Shown here piece by piece: positions 49,201 to 58,433 of a stretch of DNA of 64,000 bases; position 1 is the stretch's first letter, and every line of letters starts with the position of its first letter. Position numbers and translations under genes: made by a program. The DNA is taken from NCBI GenBank assembly GCA_002269645.1, contig NIVC01002754.1:1-64000 (forward strand). Reading direction: 5' to 3'. The DNA comes from Macrostomum lignano. Lineage: Eukaryota. Under the pieces are notes generated by a model. That model ran no database searches. It saw only the letters and a list, made by a program, of their open reading frames with translations, and was not told the origin of the DNA.

Positions 49201-51531
49201 AAACAAGAACGAGGAGCACTTGGCAATCTTAAAAATTAACAATATAATATAGTACAGCAACTGAGGATCTGTGAGGCTGGCCCAGCAACTGAGGATCTGT
49301 GAGGCTGGCCCAGCAACTGTGGATCTGGGAGGCTGGCCCAGCAACTGAGGATCTGGGAGGCTGGTCCAGCAACTGAGGATCTAGGAGGCTGGTCCAGCAA
49401 CTGAGGATCTGGGAGGCTGGTCCAGCAACTGAGGATCTGGGAGGCTGGCCCAGCAACTGAGGATCTAGGAGGCTGGTCCAGCAACTGAGGATCTAGGAGG
49501 CTGGTCCAGCAACTGAGGAACTGTGAGGCTGGCCCAGCAACTGAGGATTTGGGAGGCTGGACCAGCAACTGAGGATCTGGGAGGCTGGCCCAGCAACTGA
49601 AGACGTGGGATGCTTGCCCATCAAGCTCTGGGTAGCAACACCCTATGACTGAATGCCATACATATAAACTCACCTGTTTCATAGCAGCCTCCTTATTTTC
49701 AAGAGTCTGCTGCATCTCTTGCACCCTGAGCCGCAGCTCCGCAAGCTCTTGACGCTGACTCTCTAGCTCAGTCTCCAGCTGCTCCTCTTGCAGCGACAAT
49801 TCCAGGGCTTGCTGCAATCGCTGAACGGCAAGACTTGGCTGAGGTTTTGACTCCGTTGATCTAGTCTCATCCACTGCTTGATCAGGTGCTTCAGGTGCTA
49901 ATTCGCCCCCCTGAGGCCCCGCACCAGACGTTGAAGCTTGCGATTGCTGCGACGTTGAAGCTGACAGAAGGCTGTTTATTGGCTGAGACATCGGCGCCTG
50001 CGACACTGTGTCAGATTCGTCTTCGCCTCTGGGATCGGGTCGTTTGGATCGCGATGTTCGCGACTGTTGCAATAAAGGGTTCAGCGAGAAATTAGGCGGT
50101 GGTCAGAAATAATGGCTTGGGCGCTAAACATGCTACTTATCTGCGCTTTTGCTAAATAGTAATATAAGTTTGTTATTATGTACTCTTACTAAAGACTAGC
50201 ATCTCTCTCTATGGAGAGGTTAGCATCTCTCTCTATGGGGAGGGTAGCATCTCTCTCTATGGAGAGGGTAGCATCTCTCACTATGGGGAGGGTAGCATCT
50301 CTCTCTATAGGGAGGGTAGCATCTCTCACTATGGGAGGGTAGCATCTCTCACTATGGAGAGGGTAGCATCTCTCACTATGGGGAGGGTAGCATCTCTCAC
50401 TATGGAGAGGGCAGCATCTCTCACCATGGAGAGGGTAGCATCTCTCTCTATGGGGAGGGTAGCATCTCTCACTATGGGGAGGGTAGCATCTCTCACTATG
50501 GGGAGGGTAGCATCTCTCTCTATGGAGAGGGTAGCATCTCTCTCTATGGGGAGGGTAGCATCTCTCACTATGGAGAGGGCAGCATCTCTCACTATGGAGA
50601 GGGTAGCATCTCTCTCTATGGAGAGGGTAGCATCTCTCACTATGGGGAGGGTAGCATCTCTCACTATGAGGGTAGCATCTCTCACTATGGAGAGGGTAGC
50701 ATCTCTCTCTATTGGAGGGTAGCATCTCTCACTATGGGGAGGGTAGCATCTCTCACTATGAGGAGGGTAGCATCTCTCTATGGAGAGGGTAGCAAAATTC
50801 TACTAACACACCTTGCCACCAGCCGCGGCGCCACTATTAACAACATCCTCCCAGATGCGTCGATCTTTGCGAGTTTTCGCACCGCTATTGGCCAAATCCA
50901 ACACTCGGACGGCTCGATTCGGCGAATTCGACATGCCAGAAGTTGTCGGGCCAGCAGTTTCAGTCTGATCAGATGACAAGTGAACTGATGGTCGAATTCG
51001 ACCGCTGCTAGCACTACTACTAGTAGTTGGATTAGCTGCAGGTAACGATTGCGCTTCATTTTGCCATGGCTCTACCTGCTGCTGCATTAACTGTGGCGGA
51101 GTTGGCAGCAAAGCCCCTGTCTGCTGCTTCTGTTGTTGCTGATGGTTTTGACGCTGATAAGGACCAGGATATGCTGATGAATGATAAGCAGAACTGTCAA
51201 TACCATGCTGATGGCCCCAATGTCCATATTGCTGTTGTTTTTGTTGTTGTTGATGCTGCTGCTTGTGGCGAGGGGGTCTATATCTGTGATGATGGTTGTT
51301 GCCACTACCACGGCCACTGCTGCCACAACCAATGTTGCCACCACCACGGCCAATGTTGCCACCACCACGGCCAATGTTGCCACCACCATGGCCAATGTTG
51401 CCACCACCATGGCCAATGTTGCCACCACCACGGCCAATGTTGCCACCACCATGGCCAATGTTGCCACCACCACGACCACCATTGCCACCATTATGACCAC
51501 TGCTGCCACCTCTTTGACTATGGGCAGACAT
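40231..51531 (-). CDS. ZNF106: Zinc finger protein 106-like (low-complexity N-terminus, coiled coil, WD40 propeller, C-terminal C2H2-like fingers); exons 51531-50812, 50063-49674, 49164-49113, 46391-45644, 44470-43793, 40894-40231 (~1080 aa)
   Basis: Phase-consistent GT-AG exons (3252 nt). WD40 segments FLYTGSADGTAKRF, RVNCMVVT, IYSGGSD, HRWDCIYLGLGSG, GPVSCL and IVRDERSGILL, and C-terminal FRCYWSNC...HLKRVH / CRWRGC, match the recalled ZNF106 architecture. Further 5' exons are possible. Confidence 0.8.
40905..43748. repeat. Composite satellite filling ZNF106 intron 5: 22-bp (40905-41737), 21-bp (41738-41970) and 19-bp (41990-43748) units sharing a GGGCGG(A/T)TT core
   Basis: Units GAGTGAGGAAGGGCGGATTT(G/T)A, GAAGAGGGCGGTTTTTAGATT and GATTCAGGGGCGGATTGTA. 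Confidence 0.97.
44510..45560. repeat. ~20-bp minisatellite (CTGCTGTCTACCGCTTATCT) filling ZNF106 intron 4
   Basis: Direct reading. Confidence 0.95.
46447..46820 (+). repeat. 28-bp minisatellite family, array 3
   Basis: Direct reading. Confidence 0.95.
47385..48185. repeat. 38-bp minisatellite (TCTTGCCGCTTATCTGTGTATCTCGCCGGCCTCTTTGT) with ~0.18-kb higher-order blocks
   Basis: Direct reading; shares CCGCTTATCT with the 44.5-kb array. Confidence 0.9.
48379..48963 (+). CDS. Nested antisense gene in ZNF106 intron 3: 194-aa single-pass membrane protein with a Ser/Thr-rich tail
   Basis: Non-repetitive ORF preceded by acceptor caacag (48370). Hydrophobic stretch GGLALIFVALFLLLSSAVGILVY. Candidate upstream UTR exon 47273-47319 with ttctacag and GTAAGT signals. 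Confidence 0.6.
   Translation: MTNDNNGDSFISTVAYRQENQISLTTASTQTEQQLFGTDFISVGGLALIFVALFLLLSSAVGILVYQLASRGLIWRSTEAELNQVNQLWSRPSSRAGTTMGTRTTAMGGSPSEAGAMPTSPRSSLSGGSGRQSGEASATNSGIVVRRNSSRVSIISPSSVTSNSNSNNNINSTTHSNSPQTSISPSIALTRVES
49255..49610 (+). repeat. 28-bp minisatellite family, array 4
   Basis: Direct reading. Confidence 0.95.
50195..50792. repeat. 24-bp minisatellite (GGAGAGGGTAGCATCTCTCACTAT) in ZNF106 intron 1
   Basis: Direct reading. Confidence 0.95.
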
Positions 51532-52329
51532 TTAACTGCACTGTATTATCATAGTACAAAAACTTTATAAATATTTTAATTTCTTCTTTTGAGGCTTTAT
51601 GTCCAACTGCAATTGGATTTTAGACAGATAATAGTCAGAGATAAAGTGAGAATACAATATCAACTTAGTGTTCTTATTTAATAAAGGTGTAGAATAGCTT
51701 AATACTTAACATATCCAACTCTTATAGTATAATATATCCAATTTCATGTTTTGAAGGTATCCAACCAATGTTTAAATTCAAACCTAGCAATGTTAACTAG
51801 GGGCTTATATGATAAAATTTGGCCTATAGCTTATGCCACTTCAGATAAAAATAGTTTTGGTTAACTATAAGTTAGCATTAGTGAATTTAAACACCAAAGG
51901 GATATTGTTTTTTTAGATTAGGCTTAGAGCAAGTTTTATTCTGGTTTATATAATGTCTTTAGTGACTCTTCTCTAGATTTTCTATTAATGTATTTATCTT
52001 TTTTGGGTTATTTTGATAAAATACTTGATTACTTTATCCTTTGTAGAAAGATATTGGCAATCTAGTGCCCCCCTCTGGGATGCCCAGTAAGCAAGGAGCA
52101 AAGAATATTCATGGAAATTCATTAAAAAGCACATGGCACTTTAGACAGGTCCTATTTTAAGAAAGGATCATTGGTATTATCCTCATATTTTGTAGGCTAA
52201 TTTATGGTTTGCTAATCTAAACTGCAAATGCTATGTCTAATTGTCTCATTAGTTGAATTAGACTATTTCTTTTTTAAATGCTATATTCTAAGTTCCTAAT
52301 AAATTCTTAGATCTTAAAACTTTCTAAGC

Positions 52330-52700
52330 TTTTAGCAGCCACTTTATTGACAGTTTCCTTTAGCCAATCATCATCAAGTTGCTAAGTTTCATTAGACATC
52401 ACTTTTTATGCTATTATATATAGGATTGCCTTTCTGGCATAAAAGGAGACCTTCTTGTTAACCATGGATGTTGCTAGCCTATATACCAATATTCCAATGG
52501 AGGCTAGCTTCAAATGTATATAGGTATTCAAGGAATATCACATTTACTAATGCCTACAATGTACATATCCATCTGATTATATGTCTATACAAGTTAAACC
52601 TAAAGAGCAAAAACTTTATTCAAGTTCAATGACAAGTAATTTTTGTAAGTAAATGAAATTGCCATAGAGAAATTGTTTTTACATAGCTATAAAGGCTTAT
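52330..52700 (+). mobile_element. Highly decayed Penelope-like retroelement reverse transcriptase fragment
   Basis: Manual translation gives DSFL*PIIIKLLSFIR, GDLLV(T)MDVASLYTNIP and FKFNDK*FL*VNEIAIE, matching the PLE RT motifs LQP..LPSYIRD, LVTMDVxSLYTNIP and FNxxxYxQxxGxAMG. Confidence 0.7.
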
Positions 52701-52769
52701 AGCAAAAATAATAAAGGCTATTAGGAGCTAGAAAAGCCTGTAGACTAGTCTATTTTGCTAGAGTCAATA

Positions 52770-53810
52770 TATTTTACTTTGCTAGAATCTAAGAATATAT
52801 CTAACCTTTTTTCTAGCTTAATCTTTTTAGAAATCTAGCTTTTCCCTAGCCTCAGACTTCTTTTAAAAGTTATACTATTAGCCTTTGGTCCTTTTTTAAA
52901 TATAGTCTCTGCTTTAGTTGCAATCTTTTAGAATCCTTTTATCCTTCTTAGACTCTAGCCTTTAATTAGACTCAATTAATCTAAGAATCTATCTTTTCCC
53001 TAGCTCTAATCCTTCTAGCAATTCAGCCATTCCTCTATCTGAACCCAATACTTTAAGGAATCTAGCTTCTCCCTTATTCCAATTTTTAGAAATCTAGCCA
53101 TTCCTTTATCCTAATAATCCTCTAAGAATGCAGCCATTCCCCTATCCCAATCTTCTAGAGAATCTGACTTCTCTTTTATCCTAATTCTCTAAGGAATCTA
53201 TCTTATCCCTCATCCTAATCCTCCAGGGAATCTGGCCTATCCTCCATTTTCCTTTAAAGAATCTGGCCTACTCTTCATTTTAGTCCTCTAGGGAATCTGG
53301 CCTATCCTTCATCACAATCCTCTAGATAATCTGGTCTTTCCTCCATTATAATCCTCTAGGGAATCTGGCCTATCTCCTATCCTAATCCTCTAGGGAATCT
53401 GGCCTATCTCCTATCCTAATCCTCTAAGGAATCTGGCCTATCTCTTATCCTAATCCTCTAGGGAATCTGGCCTATCTCCTATCCTAATCCTTTAGGGAAT
53501 CTGGCCTATCTCTTATCCTAATCCTCTAGGGAATCTGGCCTAGCTCCTATCCTAATCCTCTAGGGAATCTGGCCTAGCTCCTATTCTAATCCTCTAAGGA
53601 ATCTGGCCTATCTCCCATCTTAATCCTTTAGGGAATCTAGCCTACCCTTTATCCCAATCCTCTAGGGAATCTAGCCTACCCCTCATCCTAATCCTCCAGG
53701 GAATCTTGACTACCCCCTATCCTAATCCTTCAAGGAGTCCAGCCTATTTCTTATCCCAATCCTCCAGGGAATCCGGCCTACCCCCTATCCCAATCTTCTA
53801 AGAATCTAGC
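52770..53810. repeat. 34-bp tandem repeat with a strong leftward decay gradient (GGGAATCTGGCCTATCTCCTATCCTAATCCTCTA)
   Basis: Clean units at 53360-53620; increasingly T/A-rich copies toward 52770. Confidence 0.85.
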
Positions 53811-55674
53811 CTCTAATATGCTCACATCAACTATCCTTGGATCTAGCCTTTCAAGAATTTTTGCTTTGCTTTCAACAAATATTATTTAACTAGTTATTGT
53901 TTCTAGCTAATTCTATAGAGTAAAAATCTATTTACAGAAAAGCAGAAAACAGTTATTTATATATTATATTTTGCTTTGCAAGGCTACTTAAAGAAGTGTC
54001 TAAAGATACAAATCAATAGAGGCATACAGTGTAGCTCTTTAGTGTAAGGAAAACAAATGGCTTAAAAACAAACTCTTATAACTCTCATAATCACTCAGGT
54101 AGTACTAGAAAATAGTAGGTCCTAGTACTGAGAAATTCCATAAGAATATCATCATAGGTTTTAAAAAGTTTTTATTACTTATCTATTTTATTATTAGCTA
54201 AAATCATTCATTAAGATATAATTTTTATTATACATTAATCATTATAGCCAGAGTGGCCAAAATTCTTGTTTTTTAATGCTTTTGTTAAAGTGTACCCAAC
54301 AAAAAAGTTGATGTTGGGGTGTATCACAATATATACAATATTTTAAAAGATCTATCTATATATAACACTAAACTGACAAAACATGCCATGAGTTTGTTTT
54401 TTTCAATAGATATTTAGGCCTAGCCTATGTGTGCTTGAGTTATATTGAATGTTTCTTTTTTATTTTTATTCTCTTTAGATGAACTAAAATAAAGTTTAGT
54501 GAGCATGGTAAATTGGTAATAAAGTGATTATTTTAAAAATGTCAACAATTAAATTTTACAAAAACTTTTTTATAACCTAACAGTGGCTTGCAAAGTTATT
54601 TTTTAACTAAAAATTCAACCCTCATATTGGCTGAATTGCATAGAAAAAATTCTTATCTTGAAAGAGAAGACTTAAAAGCGCAAGCAAAGTTGTTAAATGT
54701 CCATAATGAAAAAAATGTCTTCTAAGATGGCCCACATGCCCCTCTGCAATCCATCCAACATTCTGAGATCAGCAGTATCTTTACTCAGTAATCTTTACTC
54801 ATTTTAATGTAGGCCTACCTTGAGATATGCAGCGAGGTAAGGAGACAACATTGACAAGAGAAGACTAAAGAGCAGTGGCTTAGAGAAAGCCCAAGCAAAG
54901 GTGTGCTATGCAAATTTCATGGCTTGAAAAAGAGCTAGCTACTGCTGTTGCTACTGCTGCTGAGGCAGAAACTTGTCACAACAGTCCTTATGCAAGCAGG
55001 AAGTTTGCTTCAATGGCTATAACAAGGAGTTTTTTATTTAACCCTATATGACAAAAGAAATCTAACATGTGTGCACTAAATCATTTTTATGCCAAGTTTA
55101 ATATATCCCTATTCTCTTGGTCATGAGAATGAGAGTCACATCATGGAAAAGGAGGGGCTCATAAAGCGGGCGCATGGGCCCGGAGATAGGCCACGCGAGA
55201 GCCCACGCACGCGCGGTTTTAATATGCACACGCACAAAAAATTAACAAAATGACAAGGGCCAGCAGAAAGAGAGGAGAGAGATAACGAATGAATTATAAT
55301 TCTAAAGATGAGAGGCAAAGGTGGCAATCGAATCTCACTTTATCTCACCTAATCTCACTTTATCTCACCTAATCTCACCCTATCCCACCGACGCGAATCT
55401 CACCCTATCTTATTTTAATGATCATATTATTGCGTTCAGCAATTTTCATGCTCTGTTTAAGGATTTATCAAAACTTCGAGCCAATATTGAGGCAAGTTCC
55501 CCTCTAGTATAACAGCTAGTTAGTGCAGTACACGGTTCTTGTACTGGAGGCTGGTCCCCAGTAGTTGCAGTTGCAGTTTTGATCACCAAGACAAGAGAGC
55601 TGTTAGTTGGTATGGTATTGGTATTGGAACGTTAGGATTCCAATGTGAGTCACGCCAATTGCACCGCCTGTAGG

Positions 55675-56167
55675 CCAGCAGGCAGGTACTCCTGCATTTT
55701 GGCGCCACAGGCAGGTACTCATTTTGGCGCCACAGGCAGGCACTCATTTTGGCGCCGCATGCAGGCAGGCACTCATTTTGGCGCCAAAGGCAGCTGCACT
55801 GATTCTGGCGCCGAAGGCAGCTGCACTCATTCTGGCGCCGAAGACAGCTGCACTCATTTTGGCGCCGCAGGCAGGGTACTCATTTTGGCGCCGAAGGCAG
55901 CTGCACTCATTTTGGCGCCGCAGGCAGCGGTACTCATTTTGGCGCCGAAGGCAGCTGCACTCATTTTGGCGCTGCAGGCAGGGTACTCATTTTGGCGCCG
56001 AAGGCAGCGGTACTCATTTTGGCGCGGCAGGCAGCGGTACTCATTTTGGCGCCGCAGGCAGCTGCACTCATTTTGGCGCCGAAGGCAGCTGCACTCATTC
56101 TGGCGCCGAAGGCAGCTGCACTCATTCTGGCGCCGAAGGCAGCTGCACTCATTTCGGCGCCGAAGGC
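55675..56167. repeat. 27-bp minisatellite (CACTCATTTTGGCGCCGAAGGCAGCTG)
   Basis: Direct reading. Confidence 0.93.
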
Positions 56168-56774
56168 ACCATATTTAGGTAACCCCCTGAAGCAAAATTA
56201 TTGATTTCCATAACTGGTTACAAGTTGAGGCCGGGGGGGGGACAAAGCATTAGCTTGTCCCCCCCAAAGCTTTTACTGCGGGGGGCATGTCACCTATTCG
56301 ATTTCATCCAACGTGGGAAGCAGCCGCTTATCAGAAATGGCTGCAATTTGCGACCTCGTCGGATGAGAGGCCATCGACAGTCGCATAACGCGTGCCCATA
56401 CGTGTGTTTTAATTCGTGTTTAACTAATAACTTTCAAGGAATTGATTGGGCTGAATTCGTTAAACAATGAAATTTACCAGCGAAGAGAATTAGCAACGGA
56501 CTTAGCGATGCCCTGAGTAGGGCTAGAGAAGGTTGTTGTGCAAGCTCAGGTTAGTCTGCAGTCACAGGCATTCCAAACCACGAGCCCCGATGCTAAAAGG
56601 CGTGCGAAATGAAAAAACGGGCCCCAGGATGTTGGACCCCCACTGAGCGAATTCTGACACTGAGCGAGTGTTTAAAATTGACGTTATAATCGTGTTAATT
56701 CGTTCCATATTCATTTTCTATATTGACGTATGAAAGAAGTTATGTACAGTTAAATCTGGCTGAGCCCATTAAGC

Positions 56775-57390
56775 CCATCACCCTCTCCTTCACCCTCTTC
56801 TTCACCCTCTACTCCACCCTCTCCTTCACCTTCTTCTTTGCACCCTTTTGTTCACCCTCTCCTTCACCCTCTCCTTCACCCTCTTCTTCACCCTCTAACC
56901 CACCCTCTCCTTCACCTTCTTCTTCACCCTTTTGTTCACCCTCGCCTTCACCCTCCCCTTCACCCTCTCCTTCACCCTCTTCTTCACTCTCTCATTCACT
57001 CTCTCCTTCACCCTCTCCTCCACCCTCCCCTTCACCCTCTTCTTCACCCTCTCATTCACCCTCTCCTCCACCCTCTCCTTCACCCTCTCCTTCACCCTCT
57101 CCTTCACCCTCTCCTTCACCCTCTTCTTCACTCTCTCATTCACTCTCTCCTTCACCCTCTACTCCACCCTCTCCTTCACCTTCTTCTTCACCCTTTTTTT
57201 TCACCCTCCCCTTCACCCTCCCCTTCACCCTCTCCTTCACCCTCTTCTTCACTCTCTCATTCACTCTCTCCTTCACCCTCTACTCCACCCTCTCCTTCAC
57301 CTTCTTATTCACCCTTTCGTTCACCCTCTCCTTCACCCTCTCATTCACCTTCTCTTTCATTCTCTTGTTCACCCTCTTATTCATCCTCTT
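56775..57390. repeat. 12-bp pyrimidine-rich minisatellite (TTCACCCTCTCC)
   Basis: Direct reading. Confidence 0.93.
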
Positions 57391-57934
57391 CGTCCCCTCA
57401 GTGGCGCCTCAACACACGCCACACTGGGACACCTTTGAAGCTGATAATGGCGACTTCTGAAAGAACAAGTAACAGGCATGTCAATCTGGGTCACTTTGAA
57501 TTGAAAATTACATTGCATGGTTCCCCCTACCAACAGGATAATTGCTTATTGTCACCCCGGAGGCTGACGATTGCGCCCTATTAGTCACCAGCAGTTGAGA
57601 TTCCTGCGAAATGGCGACCTCCGATTGGATGGCGGAGCCCCCCCCCCCCCCTACAGGGCCGGGGCGGGTGTTGTGACAGCCGTACAAAAACTCAAGCCCA
57701 TGCAGGCAAGCTCTCGGCAAGCTCACAGCGTTTTCTAAAACAAATTCAATTGGGTCAGTTAATAATACAAGGCACAGGGGTCAGCACGCGACACACAAGG
57801 TAAATCGAAGCCCTACTGCTGCAGATAAGACGCACCGAGCGATCGGTTGTTAAACTTGCAAGTTGACAGCTGATTTATGGACTTCTGGTAAGTTAAGCTG
57901 GGCTGGATCTTTATCCGTTCATCTGTGATAGCGG

Positions 57935-58340
57935 GGATGCAGAGAGTGAGAGGGTAACATAGAGAGTGAGAGGGTAACACAGAGAGTGAGAGGGTAACAC
58001 AGAGAGTGAGAGGGTAACACAGAGAGTGTGAGAGGGTAACACAGAGAATGAGAGGGTAATACAGGTGAGAGGGTGACACAGAGGGTGAGAGGGTAACACA
58101 GAGGGTGAGAGCCTGAGATGGTAACACAGAGGTGAGAGAAGGACAACACAAAGGGTGAGAGAAGGACAACACAGAGGGTGAGAGAAGGACAACACAGAGG
58201 GTGAGAGAAGGACAACACAGAGGGTGAGAGGGTAACACAGAGGGTGAGAGGACAACACAGAGGGTGAGAGGGTGACACAGAGGGTGAGAGGGTAACACAG
58301 AGGGTGAGAGGGTGACACAGAGGGTGAGAGGGTGACACAA
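57935..58340. repeat. 20-bp minisatellite (GAGAGGGTAACACAGAGGGT)
   Basis: Direct reading. Confidence 0.93.
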
Positions 58341-58433
58341 ATGGTGAAAGATGGAGAAGAAAGGTCAGATAAGGACAGCCGCACAAATATTCAACAAGAT
58401 TCGATTTTAAGAAACTGTCTCTGCCCCCCGCAG

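Noticed and set aside
56225-56270. G7ACAA...TTGTC7 hairpin (related motif near 60405)
   Set aside because: Probably part of a common small non-autonomous repeat; not enough sequence to define an element or a terminator.
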